From Pyrinomonadaceae bacterium (lineage in GTDB: Bacteria; Acidobacteriota; Blastocatellia; Pyrinomonadales; Pyrinomonadaceae), in contig JBKBYA010000001.1 in the NCBI GenBank assembly GCA_046313635.1, positions 958,679 through 1,022,678 of the forward strand: a DNA stretch of 64,000 bases, read 5' to 3'. How positions within the stretch are numbered: the first letter of the stretch is position 1; each line of letters opens with the position of its first letter. The translations under genes were made by a program, and so were the position numbers. Below the pieces are notes generated by a model. It saw nothing but the letters and a program-made list of their open reading frames with translations. It searched no databases and was not told the origin of the DNA. This document shows, in pieces, positions 37,497-47,778 of this stretch.

Positions 37497-40133
37497 TTAG
37501 ACCCCGGCCTCCGGCGCGACGGACCTGCGGCTCGCGACCTCGTCCCGAGCGTCGGTGAGGTCATGCTGCCAGCGCTTGTTTTCTGGTGATATCGAGGCAA
37601 GACGAGTGAGCAGGCCGATCGCTCGCTCGTAGTGGCCCGCGGCCCGGTCGTGATCGCCGCGTGCGGCAAAGGCACGCCCGAGCGCCAATTCGCACATCGC
37701 CGCGTCATGGCTCCACTCGATGTTGTTAGGATCGGCAGAGCGCAGACGGCCCGCCGTGTCGAGGGCGGCGGTCAGCAGTTCGAGCGACCTCGCGCTTTGG
37801 CCGCGCCGCTGGAGCGTCTCGCCGAGCTTTAGTTTTGCGAGGGCGAGCTGACGGAGAGCGGCGAGATTGCTGCTGTCGCCGGCCGCGACGGCCTCATAGT
37901 TGGAGATCGCTTCGGTGTAGTCGGCGACCGCTCGCGGTGTGTCGCCGGCGGCGGCGAATGCCGCGGCGCGTTCGATGAGGCAGTCGGCAAGCGCATTCTG
38001 CTCGCCGCGGTTTGCGCGGTCGGCGTCGTAAATTGTCCGCTGCGCGGCGACCGCCTCGTTAAGGTGTGTCAGAGACTCGGCGACGCGGCCGTCGTCGCGC
38101 AGTGCGACGCCGTACCAGAGCCGGGCCGCGACCAGCTCGCCTTTGTACTGTTGATTTTCGGGCTCGCTCGCCGCGAACTCCTCGGCGATCTCGAGCGCTT
38201 GGCCGTAGTGCTCGACCGCTCCGCCGTTATCGAGCTTTTGCAGCATTACGTACCCGATATACGACAGCAGAATGCCGACGCCGCGCCGAAATCGCCTGTC
38301 GGCCGCGTCGCTCGCGTCGAGCCGGCGAAACATCGCAAGCGATCCTTCATAATGCTCCAGCGAATCGGCGAGCGAGCCGCTGCGAAGCACGGCCTGACCG
38401 GCCCGCGCATGCAGGCGGGCGAGCGTGTACGCAACTTCCTTGTCGCCGGGGTCTGACGCGTTCAGACCGCCGGCGATCGAGATCGCTTCGTCGTAACGAA
38501 GCCGGGCCTCGGCGATGCTGCCGTTGGTCGTCAGGATGTCGCCGAGGTACATCAAGCTCTTTACGACGTCGAGCCCTCGGGCGCGGTCGATCGGCGCGTC
38601 GGTAAAAAGCTGCCGCCGTATGGCAAGCGACTTTTCGTGACTTGTGATCGCGTCGTTGGTCTTGCCGAGGCTCGGGTTAAAGAGCTTGGGCTGCAGGTTG
38701 CCGATCCGCTCGTAGGCGGAGGCGAGGTCGGCACGCAGACGCGGGTCGTCCTCTTTCTCTTTCGCGAGTCGATCGAGATAGTCGATCGCCCGCGTGATGA
38801 GCAGCTCGCGAGCGCGGATCGGGCTCTTTTCGATCTCGTCGCTGATCTCGAACATGAACGAGTTTGCCAGCTCGCGCAGATTCTCAAACCGCTGCTCGGC
38901 CCTGATGCGCTCGCGCCGCGCCTTTTCGGCCTGATAGGCAGCGGCGGCCAGGCCCGCGAGCAGACTCGCGAATACAAGCGCCGCCGCCGTCACGCGCAGC
39001 CGGTTGCGCGAGACGAATTTGCGCGTCCTGTACTTCCACGTGCCGCGGCTCGCACCGACCGGCAGGTCGTCGAGATAGCGGCGAATGTCCTCGCTCAATT
39101 CGGCGGCCGAGCCGTAGCGCGATCCCGGCTCTTTGCGCAGCGCCTTGAGAACGATGTTGTCCAGATCGCCGTGGAGAGCTCGCCCGAATCCGCCCTCGAC
39201 CGTCGACGGCCTGGCGACCTCGGCCGTGCACACCGTTTTGACGATCTCGCCGTAACTCAGGCCGCGAATGTCGTATGGCCGGCGGCCGGCAAGCAATTCG
39301 AAGAGCACGACGCCGAGGCTGTAAACGTCGGTCGCCGTTGTCAGCTTATCGCCACGCAGGTGCTCGGGCGAGCTGTACTCGGGCGTCAGAGCGAACTGCT
39401 GCGTCGCGGCCGCAGGCTCGCCGCTCGCGGTGTTGAGCAGTTTTGCGATGCCGAAGTCGAGGAGCTTCGGCTCGCCTGCGGACGAGACGAGGATATTCGA
39501 CGGCTTGAGATCGCGGTGGATGACGAGGCTTTGGTTAGCGTACGTGACCGCCGAGCAGATCTTGCAAAATAGCTCGAGCACATCGCGGAGGCCGAGCTCG
39601 TTCTCCCGCACGTATTCCGTGATCGGCCGGCCGCCATCGACGTACTCCATCACGAAGTACGGCACGCCGTCGTCGCTCGTGCCGGCGTCATAAAGACGCG
39701 CGATGTTGGGATGCTTGAGCGACGCGAGGATGCGCCGCTCGTTGAGAAAGCGCGAGAGCACGAGCTCGGAGTCGATGCCGCGGCGGATCAGTTTGAGAGC
39801 CCGCAGGCCTTCAAACGTGCCGTCGGCTCGCTCGGCCAAAAAGACCGAGCCCATTCCGCCCGACCCGATCTCCGAGACGATCCGATAATTGCCGATGACG
39901 CGGCCGACGAAGTGTTGGGTAATGTCGCCGCCGTCCAACTCATCGCCGCGGCCGTGCTCGATGGCAGGCAGGTCGAGAACGTCGCTCTCGCATTCTAGAA
40001 ACGAGCGTGCGTCCGCCAGCAGGCCTTCGTCGCCCTCGCAGGCCTCGGTCAGAAAGCGGTCGCGCTCGTCGCCCGTCCGCTCGAGCGCGTCGGCGAGGAT
40101 CTCTTTGACCTTTGCCCAGCGGTCGGCCTGCAT
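37497..40133 (-). CDS. Hanks-type Ser/Thr kinase with TM helix and TPR domain (ECF-associated)
   Basis: GSGGMGSV, HRDLKPSN, DFG, TPEYSSPE, GDLDNIV; TPR repeats. Confidence 0.93.
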   Translation of the reverse strand: MQADRWAKVKEILADALERTGDERDRFLTEACEGDEGLLADARSFLECESDVLDLPAIEHGRGDELDGGDITQHFVGRVIGNYRIVSEIGSGGMGSVFLAERADGTFEGLRALKLIRRGIDSELVLSRFLNERRILASLKHPNIARLYDAGTSDDGVPYFVMEYVDGGRPITEYVRENELGLRDVLELFCKICSAVTYANQSLVIHRDLKPSNILVSSAGEPKLLDFGIAKLLNTASGEPAAATQQFALTPEYSSPEHLRGDKLTTATDVYSLGVVLFELLAGRRPYDIRGLSYGEIVKTVCTAEVARPSTVEGGFGRALHGDLDNIVLKALRKEPGSRYGSAAELSEDIRRYLDDLPVGASRGTWKYRTRKFVSRNRLRVTAAALVFASLLAGLAAAAYQAEKARRERIRAEQRFENLRELANSFMFEISDEIEKSPIRARELLITRAIDYLDRLAKEKEDDPRLRADLASAYERIGNLQPKLFNPSLGKTNDAITSHEKSLAIRRQLFTDAPIDRARGLDVVKSLMYLGDILTTNGSIAEARLRYDEAISIAGGLNASDPGDKEVAYTLARLHARAGQAVLRSGSLADSLEHYEGSLAMFRRLDASDAADRRFRRGVGILLSYIGYVMLQKLDNGGAVEHYGQALEIAEEFAASEPENQQYKGELVAARLWYGVALRDDGRVAESLTHLNEAVAAQRTIYDADRANRGEQNALADCLIERAAAFAAAGDTPRAVADYTEAISNYEAVAAGDSSNLAALRQLALAKLKLGETLQRRGQSARSLELLTAALDTAGRLRSADPNNIEWSHDAAMCELALGRAFAARGDHDRAAGHYERAIGLLTRLASISPENKRWQHDLTDARDEVASRRSVAPEAGV

Positions 40134-40690
40134 CACTTATCGGAGCGCAGCTCGCGCTGCAGAAAAAGTTTGGCCGTTGACCACTCGCGCTTGACCGTGG
40201 CGACCGAACGTCCGACGACCTCGGCCGTCTCTTCGACCGACAAACCGCCAAAGAAGCGCAGCTCAAAGATGCGGCCCTGCATCTCGTCGAGCTTTGTCAG
40301 CCGCCGAAGCGCTGCGTCGAGGTCGAGCAGGTTGAGCTCGGCATCGTTAAAGACGTCGATCGCCCGGTCGAGCGTCACGCGGACGTAGCTGCCCTCACGC
40401 TTTTGACGGTTGCGGTGCACGGCGTGATTCACGAGTATGCGGCGCATCATCTTCGCCGCGACCGCGATGAACTGCGTGCGGCTGGCGAATTCGTCGTTGT
40501 CCTGCTTCACGAGCCGAAGGTACGCCTCGTGAACGAGCGCCGTCGGCTGCAGCGTGTGATCGGTGCGCTCGAGGCGCATGTAGTACTGCGCGAGCCGGCG
40601 GAGCTCGTCGTAGACGTGTGGGTAAATGTCCTCGAGCCGCGAGCCTTCATCGAGAAAGGCCTCGCGGGTGACCGGAGGATTCTTGTCCAT
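40133..40690 (-). CDS. ECF sigma factor of the kinase-associated (TIGR02999-like) type
   Basis: VYDELRRLA, HTLQPTALVHEAYLRL, MRRILVNHA, RFFGGLSVEE, TVKREW. Confidence 0.93.
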   Translation of the reverse strand: MDKNPPVTREAFLDEGSRLEDIYPHVYDELRRLAQYYMRLERTDHTLQPTALVHEAYLRLVKQDNDEFASRTQFIAVAAKMMRRILVNHAVHRNRQKREGSYVRVTLDRAIDVFNDAELNLLDLDAALRRLTKLDEMQGRIFELRFFGGLSVEETAEVVGRSVATVKREWSTAKLFLQRELRSDK

Positions 40691-40939
40691 ATTTGTGAGG
40701 ATCAGGAAACTCGACGCTCGCCGAAAAGTTTTTTTGAGCCGTACCGCAAAAAAATATTGCGTAACTGCCAGGAGAGAAATTTTCGACGAGTGTCGCCGCC
40801 GCGCAGGCGTCGACGGGAGTTTAACAAAAGCGTCTCCGCATTACCAAGATCCGACGAACTTAAAACAAAGATCCTGAACCGATTTCGCCCGGAGGTCTGC
40901 CGCCCAGTGCGCCGCCCTACCAGCGAGGAGTGAACACAA

Positions 40940-42655
40940 ATGGAGAGAATGATCATCAAGCACCTGAGCGGCTCAAAGGCCAACCAGGTGGAGGAATTTG
41001 CCCTCAGGCACCACAACGAACTCATCTTCGGCCGCGATACCTCGGCGACCGTCAAGTACGACCCCGACCGCGACGATCTCGTCGGCCGACAGCACGCCAA
41101 GATCGCCCGCGATCCGTCGGACCCGAACGGCTTTGTCCTGACCGACCTCAACAGCACGAACGGAACGTTTCACAACAAGCAGCGCGTTACGGGAACGGTA
41201 AAGCTGCAGCCGGGCGACTCGGTGCAGTTCGGGCCGGGCGGGCCTGAGTTCGTGTTTGACGTCGAGCCGCGTCCGGCCGGAGCGACCAAAGCGACGCGCA
41301 TGGTCGAGACAGGCAAGACGCCGGCACCCGCGACGCGCATGGTGCAGTCGGGCACCGCTGCCGCCTCGGGCGCGGGAGCTCCGGGAACGGTCGGCAAGGC
41401 CACCGTCGAGCGGATGATCTCGCAGTCGGTGACCGAGACCAAAAGATCGCAGGCCCGCAAATTCGGCCTCATCGGCGTCGTCGCCGGAGTCGTCGTGCTC
41501 GTGCTATTCGGCGCGGCGATCGGCGGCATTCTCTGGTACAGCTCGACCCGCGAGAGCGCGCTCAAGGACGATCTCAAGGGCAAGGCCGACGAGATCGAAA
41601 AGAAGATGGCCGACGGCAAGGGCGTCTCGGCCGCGGAGATCAACGAAAAGTTTGGTAAGGCCGTCGTTTACATCGAGGTCGCGTGGCGCCTGATCGACAC
41701 GCAAAAGCAGACGCAGGTCTATCACCAGTTCGTTCCCAACAGCCGCGAGGTGCTCTCAAAGCTCATCGGCGTCAATCTCGGCACCGGCCCGATCGACCCG
41801 ACCGCGGGAGCGGCAGTGCCGGTCTATGTGCAGACGGGCAATACGTATGAGCCGCTGCTGACCGACGACAAGACCAATCTCACAGTGCCCGTCGGCGGCC
41901 GCCACACGGGTACGGGATTCATCGTAACGAGCGACGGATTCATCCTCACCAATCGTCACGTTGCGGCGACGTGGATGACCGCTTACCAGTTCCCCGAGAG
42001 CACGCCCCGCGGCGTCGTGATCACGGCCGACGGCCGGCTCGCGAGCACATCGCTCGTTCCGCCGCCTTCGGATTGGGTTCCGGCCAATACAAGGCAGGAG
42101 GGCAAGCAGCTCCAGGGCCAGCTCAAGGGCGTCGACGACACGCTCGACGTGACACTCGCCGGCAAGGAGAGCCGCATGGCCGCACAGCTCAAGCAGGTGT
42201 CTGACCGTCACGACGTCGCGCTCATCAAGGTCGACGTGCCGGGCCAGCTGACCAAGGTCGAGCTCTTTGACAACTACGACTCGCTCAAGAAGGGCGAGAG
42301 CGTGACGATCATGGGCTATCCCGGAGCGAGCCCGCGCGTTTACGGCGTGATCGCGTCAAAGGACGTCTTTAACCAGGGCACGCAGCTCAAGGTGATCCCC
42401 GACCCGACCGTCACGACGACCAATATCGGCAACATCATCCGCGACAACGACAAGCAGGGCGACGGCCGGCGCGTCAGCACGATGGGCGATGTGATCCAGC
42501 TCGCGACCGGCTCGACCGGCGCGGGGAATTCGGGCGGTCCGGTGTTTGACACACAGGGCCGTGTGATCGGGATCTTCTTTGCGGGCGACAAGGCGAATGC
42601 GATCACGTACGCCGTGCCGATCCGCTACGGCAAGGAGTTTCTCGCAGGAGAATAG
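40940..42655 (+). CDS. FHA domain - TM - trypsin-like serine protease
   Basis: FHA motifs FGRD, RQHA, DLNSTNGT; TM helix; catalytic triad TNRHV, HDVAL, GNSGGP. Confidence 0.9.
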   Translation: MERMIIKHLSGSKANQVEEFALRHHNELIFGRDTSATVKYDPDRDDLVGRQHAKIARDPSDPNGFVLTDLNSTNGTFHNKQRVTGTVKLQPGDSVQFGPGGPEFVFDVEPRPAGATKATRMVETGKTPAPATRMVQSGTAAASGAGAPGTVGKATVERMISQSVTETKRSQARKFGLIGVVAGVVVLVLFGAAIGGILWYSSTRESALKDDLKGKADEIEKKMADGKGVSAAEINEKFGKAVVYIEVAWRLIDTQKQTQVYHQFVPNSREVLSKLIGVNLGTGPIDPTAGAAVPVYVQTGNTYEPLLTDDKTNLTVPVGGRHTGTGFIVTSDGFILTNRHVAATWMTAYQFPESTPRGVVITADGRLASTSLVPPPSDWVPANTRQEGKQLQGQLKGVDDTLDVTLAGKESRMAAQLKQVSDRHDVALIKVDVPGQLTKVELFDNYDSLKKGESVTIMGYPGASPRVYGVIASKDVFNQGTQLKVIPDPTVTTTNIGNIIRDNDKQGDGRRVSTMGDVIQLATGSTGAGNSGGPVFDTQGRVIGIFFAGDKANAITYAVPIRYGKEFLAGE

Positions 42656-42758
42656 CTCTCTCCCACACGCGTTGCGCGTTCGGTGAATGTTCGATTCCGC
42701 TGTCCTCACGCGGCGATGTCGAGCGACGACGCCCCCGAACGCGCAACCGCGGTGTCTT

Positions 42759-44120
42759 ATGTACAAGCGTTACCAGCGAGGAGATCTGATCGGCGACTAC
42801 CGCGTCGAGCGCGTGCTCGGCCGCGGCGGGATGGGCGAGGTCTATCATGCCGTTCACGAAAAGCTCGGCCGGGCCGCCGCGGTCAAGGTGCTGAACGACA
42901 GCGCCTGGAGCGACCCGAATTTCAAGACGCGATTCTTTAACGAAGCCCGCCTGCAGGCCGCGCTTCATCATCCGAACATCGCCGCACTCTACGACTTTCG
43001 CGAAGAGAGCGGCCAGATGCTGATCTTTATGGAGTACGTCGACGGCGAGTGCCTCGACGATCTGGTCAGGGAGCGGCGGCTGGACATCAATGGATCGCTC
43101 GCCGTATTTCTCAGCGTCTGCGAGGCCGTCGAATACGTCCACCGGAACGGCGTCATTCACCGCGATATCAAATCGCAAAACATCAAGCTCGCTTCCGACG
43201 GCCGGGCGAAGCTGCTCGACTTCGGTATCGCCAAAGACGCGTCGAGTCACGGCCTCACGCAGGCCGGCGGCGTCATCGGCACGCCGCATTACCTGGCGCC
43301 CGAGCAGCTCGACGGCCGTCCGGCGTCGGTGCAGACCGACATCTGGGCGCTCGGCGTTTTGCTGTACGAGATGCTGACGGGCGATATGCCGTTCAGCGGC
43401 GAGTCGCTCGCGTCGCTCGTCGTGCGAATTACCGTCGCAGAATATGCCCCTCCGCAGAGCGTCAATGCGGCCGTGCCGCGGGATGCCGCCGAGATCGTCT
43501 CGCGCTGCATGGCAAAGGATGTCGCTAGACGATATCAGGCGGTCGACGACATCGTTCGCGACGTTCGTGCGTCGATCGAGCGGCTCGATCGGCACAGCGA
43601 GCCGCAGCGGCCCGAGATGGGAACGATCCGCTTTTCGGCTCCGGGCAGTTCGCGTGTCGCAGTGGCGTCGGTCGAACGTACCGGAGGCGATGCGTCCACC
43701 ACGCTCCCGTCTGCCGAGTCGGGCTCCAAAAAGCGTTTGACGATGATCGTCGGCGCGGCCGCCGGCCTCGGCTTTCTCGCGGTCGTAGTTGTGCTCGCGG
43801 GAGCCGCGATCTGGTGGAGCAAGTCGAACGGCAACGCGGCCCATGCGGCCGATCCAAAAACTAACGGCCTTGCAAATTCGCAGGCCGCCATTCGCGCCGA
43901 TATGCAGCGCGTTCGTGTCGATGTCGACGAAGGCACCGCGCAGGTCTTGCGCGACGGCAGACCGGTCGGCAATACGCCTTACGACGTCGAGGCTCCGCGC
44001 GGCGAGTCGGTAAAGCTCGTTCTGCGCCGCGACGGCTTTGAAGACAAGGCAGTCGATGTCGAGGTCGGCTCCGGCAAAAAGGTCCTTACTTTTTCACTCA
44101 AGAGCAAAAGCAATAAATAA
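42759..44120 (+). CDS. Ser/Thr protein kinase with TM helix and C-terminal PEGA-like domain
   Basis: GRGGMGEV, HRDIKSQN, DFG, GTPHYLAPE; C-terminal GTAQVLRDGRPVGNTP..LRRDGFE. Confidence 0.9.
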   Translation: MYKRYQRGDLIGDYRVERVLGRGGMGEVYHAVHEKLGRAAAVKVLNDSAWSDPNFKTRFFNEARLQAALHHPNIAALYDFREESGQMLIFMEYVDGECLDDLVRERRLDINGSLAVFLSVCEAVEYVHRNGVIHRDIKSQNIKLASDGRAKLLDFGIAKDASSHGLTQAGGVIGTPHYLAPEQLDGRPASVQTDIWALGVLLYEMLTGDMPFSGESLASLVVRITVAEYAPPQSVNAAVPRDAAEIVSRCMAKDVARRYQAVDDIVRDVRASIERLDRHSEPQRPEMGTIRFSAPGSSRVAVASVERTGGDASTTLPSAESGSKKRLTMIVGAAAGLGFLAVVVVLAGAAIWWSKSNGNAAHAADPKTNGLANSQAAIRADMQRVRVDVDEGTAQVLRDGRPVGNTPYDVEAPRGESVKLVLRRDGFEDKAVDVEVGSGKKVLTFSLKSKSNK

Positions 44121-44130
44121 CTACCCAACA

Positions 44131-44991
44131 ATGCACGAAACCAGGGAAATAACTTTCGACAGCAGCACGCCCGTCATCGTCGCGAGCGTGCAGACCGACC
44201 CCGGCTGCGTCCGCGAAGCTAACGAGGACAGCGGCCGTCACGTCAGCCCCAACGACGCCGAGACGCGCCGCTCGCGCGGCACGCTTACCATCGTCGCCGA
44301 CGGGATGGGCGGACACGCCTCGGGCGAGATCGCCTCGCAGATGGCCGTCGATCTGATCAGCGAGTTTTACTACACCGCCGATGCCGCGACCTGCACGCCC
44401 GAGGCGCTGAGCGACGCCATACGGCAGGCGAACGCCGCCATCTACGAGACGTCTCTAACGGACGAAAAGTACTACGGAATGGGCACGACCGTCATCGCGC
44501 TCGCGTTGCTCGGCGACCGCGCGTTCGCCGCGCACGTCGGCGACAGTCGTCTCTACCGTTATCGCCGCGACACCGGTCTCCAAATGCTGACGATCGATCA
44601 TTCGCAGGTAATGGAGATGGTCCGGCACGGCATCATCACTATCGAGCAGGCGCGCAGTCACGACGACAAGAACGTGATCCTCCGCGCCGTCGGCACGCAG
44701 CCCGAGGTCGAGGTCGAGATCACCGGGCCGTTCGACGTCGCGGTCGGCGACACTTTCCTGCTTTGCTCGGACGGTTTGACCGACATGGTCGAGGACCAGG
44801 CGATCGAAGCGGTCCTCGCCGAGGAGAACGACATCCACACCGCGAGCGAGCGGCTGATCTCGGCCGCGCGGCTCAACGGCGGCCACGACAACATTACCGC
44901 GGGACTCGTCCGCGTCGCGTCGGAGACGCTCGCCGAGGCGAGCCGCGACGTTCGCATTACGCGCGAGATCGCCATCGAGGAGAAACAATGA
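44131..44991 (+). CDS. PP2C-family Ser/Thr phosphatase (Stp1/PrpC-like)
   Basis: REANEDS, VADGMGGH, MGTT, HVGDSRLY, LLCSDGL, GGHDNIT. Confidence 0.93.
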   Translation: MHETREITFDSSTPVIVASVQTDPGCVREANEDSGRHVSPNDAETRRSRGTLTIVADGMGGHASGEIASQMAVDLISEFYYTADAATCTPEALSDAIRQANAAIYETSLTDEKYYGMGTTVIALALLGDRAFAAHVGDSRLYRYRRDTGLQMLTIDHSQVMEMVRHGIITIEQARSHDDKNVILRAVGTQPEVEVEITGPFDVAVGDTFLLCSDGLTDMVEDQAIEAVLAEENDIHTASERLISAARLNGGHDNITAGLVRVASETLAEASRDVRITREIAIEEKQ

Positions 44992-46487
44992 TCGGACAAA
45001 TAATCGGCAACTATAAGATCGAAGAAAAGCTCGGCGAGGGCGGCATGGGAGCCGTTTACAAGGGCGTCGATACGATGCTCGACCGCGAGGTCGCGATCAA
45101 GGCGCTCAGGCCCGAGCTCGCGAGCCAGACGTCGGTCGTCGAGCGCTTCCGCTCGGAGGCGGTAACGCTCGCCAAGCTGAGTCATTCGAATATCGCGACA
45201 CTCTACACGATGTTTCGTCAGGGCGAAGAGCTGTACATGGTGCTCGAGTTTGTCCGCGGCGAGACGCTCGACAACATTCTCCAGCGCCGCGGTGCACTGC
45301 CTGCCGAAGAGGCCGTGCCCGTCTTCTGCCAGGTGCTAGACGGCATCGACCACGCGCACGAGCTCGGCATCGTCCACCGCGACATCAAGCCGGCGAACAT
45401 GATGCTCACCGAAAAAGGCACGCTGAAGGTGCTCGACTTCGGCATCGCGCGTCTCCTCGGCAGCGCGCGGATGACGCGGGCCGGCAACATCATCGGCACG
45501 CTCGAGTACATGGCTCCCGAGCAGGTCCGCGGCGAGGAGACCGACGGCCGCTCGGATATCTACGCGCTCGGGATGATGTTGTACGAGGTGCTGACGGGTC
45601 GTCTGCCCTTCGAGACCGAGAACGAGTTCGAGCTGATGAAGCTGCAGACCGAGGCGACGCCGGCGCCGCCGCGATCGATCAACCCGGCGATCCCGGTCGA
45701 GGTCGAGGCCGCGATCATGAAAGCGATCGCGAAAGACCCTAACCAGCGCTTTCAAACCGCCGGCGAGTTTAGAGAATTGCTTCTCGAAGCGGGCTTCTCG
45801 GCACAGGGCACGATGCACGGCATTACTGGAACGCACCGCAAGCCGGCGACGCATCCGTCGCGGCCAGCGGTCGAGCCTGCAAACCCCGATGCGGCAGTGA
45901 AAGCAACGCGACTCGGCGCCGCCGCTGCCCCGCCGGCCGCCGTCAAAGAAACGCGTCTCGGCGCAGCGGCCGCGACGACGCCGGCCGCAAACGCTCCTAA
46001 AGAAACTCGTCTCGGTGTGGCCGCTCCGGCAGCCGCTGCTCAGCAGTCAAACGCCGCCGCGTCGGGCGGATTCTTCAGTAATTTGACGTGGGTCCACTTC
46101 GCCGTCGCGGGCGTCGCGGTGATCGTCCTCGTGGGCGGAGCGATCGCGATCGTCACGGGGCTCGCGATCGGCGTCGCGTCCACCGCCGGTGCCGACAAGC
46201 CCGCGGGCGAAGCGAAGACAAAGTCTGAAGCGCAAAAGCCCGACGTCGTCACGATGCCGCCCGCGCAGACCCAGACCGCCGCCGAGGCGCCGCAGGTCCA
46301 GTCGCAGCAGCCGTCGACGACGCTCAACGGCGGCGGCGAACTGACACCCGTCGATACAAAGCCCAAAGAGGAGCGAACGACACAGGTCGCCGAAAAACCG
46401 GCCGCTCCGAAGAAGCCGGCTCCGGTGCCGAAGCAGAAGGGCGGATCGGATGCGAGCCGTGCCGAAAAGCTTCTCACCGGCAACTAG
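44988..46487 (+). CDS. Membrane Ser/Thr protein kinase with repetitive linker
   Basis: GEGGMGAV, HRDIKPAN, DFG, GTLEYMAPE; three K(A/E)TRLG repeats; TM helix; ATGA overlap with PP2C. Confidence 0.92.
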   Translation: MIGQIIGNYKIEEKLGEGGMGAVYKGVDTMLDREVAIKALRPELASQTSVVERFRSEAVTLAKLSHSNIATLYTMFRQGEELYMVLEFVRGETLDNILQRRGALPAEEAVPVFCQVLDGIDHAHELGIVHRDIKPANMMLTEKGTLKVLDFGIARLLGSARMTRAGNIIGTLEYMAPEQVRGEETDGRSDIYALGMMLYEVLTGRLPFETENEFELMKLQTEATPAPPRSINPAIPVEVEAAIMKAIAKDPNQRFQTAGEFRELLLEAGFSAQGTMHGITGTHRKPATHPSRPAVEPANPDAAVKATRLGAAAAPPAAVKETRLGAAAATTPAANAPKETRLGVAAPAAAAQQSNAAASGGFFSNLTWVHFAVAGVAVIVLVGGAIAIVTGLAIGVASTAGADKPAGEAKTKSEAQKPDVVTMPPAQTQTAAEAPQVQSQQPSTTLNGGGELTPVDTKPKEERTTQVAEKPAAPKKPAPVPKQKGGSDASRAEKLLTGN

Positions 46488-46527
46488 CGAACGAGGACCG
46501 AAATTTCAGCAGTAGAACAAGGTGTTT

Positions 46528-47631
46528 ATGAGATTCATCAGATCGATCTTATTCGCGGCAACGCTCGTCCTCGCCGCGGCCTGGACGACGCCCGCGCAGT
46601 ACAAGGGCAATCCCGTTAAAAAGGACAAGCTGGTGAGCGTGCTCCGCTCAAAACAGCTCCAGACGCGCGAGATCGTCACCGTTATCAAGACGAACGGCGT
46701 TGACTTTGAGGTCACGCCGCTCGTCGAGGCCGAGCTCACCGGAGCCGGAGCGCGGCCCGAAGTGATCGCGGCCGCGAGAGCCAACTATCGAGCTCCGGCG
46801 CGGCCCGCGGGAAATAACACGGCGGGCAGCGGCGGCAATTCAAAATTCACCGGTCAGCCGCTATCTCGCGACGCGATCGTCACGCTGCTGCAGAACGGCG
46901 TCGCCGACGCGCAGGTGCGAAAGAATGTCGAGCAGCGAGGCGTCAGCTTCAAACCGACGGTCGCGGACAAGACGGAGATCCGTAAGAACGGCGGCAGCGT
47001 CGCGCTTGTCAACCTGATCGCGGCGAGCTACGTCAATCCAAACGAGACCGCAGGCGGCAGCAACAACGGCGGCAGCACGCCGTCGCGGCCCGGCCAGCCG
47101 GCGGGCGACGATTACGATTCGCTCGTCGACAAGGCCGTCGCGCAGTACGACAACGAAAAGGATCCGGCGGCCGCGATCGCCACGCTGCAAAAGGCGATCG
47201 GTCTCGATCCGTCCGAGGCCCGCGGGTACCAGCTTCTCGGATTCACATACCTGTACGGCCAAAAGAATTTTGCCGAGGCCGAGCGTTACATGCGCGAGGC
47301 GATAATGCGCGGCGGCAGTGCGGTGTTTCGCGTCTTTCACGATCACGACGGGATGTTTGCCGAGAGCTGCAACGGCTCGCTCTTTATCGCGAAAGACACC
47401 GTGCGCTTTGAGTCCGACGACAACAAGCACACCTTCGAAACGAACGACGCGAATATCAAGCAGGTCAAGATGAACAGCGTCTTCAAGAGCTTTTACAAGA
47501 CAAAGAGCGGCTCGTTCAAGATCGTGCTGGCGAGCGGCGACAGCGACAGCGTGAAGTTCAGCTTCGCTCCGCTGACCGACAACTCTCTCGAATCGAAGAT
47601 GATCATTCGCCTGATCGGTAAGGACAAGTAG
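46528..47631 (+). CDS. Secreted protein with two helical repeats, a TPR segment and a C-terminal beta domain
   Basis: Signal peptide; duplicated unit G(N/Q)P..(K/R)D..V..L...GV(D/S)F; TPR AIATLQKAIGLDPSEARGYQLLG. Confidence 0.75.
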   Translation: MRFIRSILFAATLVLAAAWTTPAQYKGNPVKKDKLVSVLRSKQLQTREIVTVIKTNGVDFEVTPLVEAELTGAGARPEVIAAARANYRAPARPAGNNTAGSGGNSKFTGQPLSRDAIVTLLQNGVADAQVRKNVEQRGVSFKPTVADKTEIRKNGGSVALVNLIAASYVNPNETAGGSNNGGSTPSRPGQPAGDDYDSLVDKAVAQYDNEKDPAAAIATLQKAIGLDPSEARGYQLLGFTYLYGQKNFAEAERYMREAIMRGGSAVFRVFHDHDGMFAESCNGSLFIAKDTVRFESDDNKHTFETNDANIKQVKMNSVFKSFYKTKSGSFKIVLASGDSDSVKFSFAPLTDNSLESKMIIRLIGKDK

Positions 47632-47720
47632 CCGGGGAGCGCGGTCCGGATTTTCGAGGCTCCCACGGCCTCGTGGACCGTGCGCGGTGAAGCAGGCCCT
47701 TTTGGGGCCTGTTCAATTAG

Positions 47721-47753
47721 AACGGCCGGCAGATCGCCGGCCGTTTCTTTTTT
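47721..47753 (+). terminator. Intrinsic terminator between convergent operons
   Basis: AACGGCCGGC-AGATC-GCCGGCCGTT followed by TCTTTTTT. Confidence 0.75.
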
Positions 47754-47778
47754 ACGGGCTGTTACGAAGTAGCGATCG

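Noticed and set aside
37497..40690. ECF sigma/TPR-kinase pair as a novel system
   Set aside because: This is an already described, common pairing in Acidobacteria and Planctomycetes.
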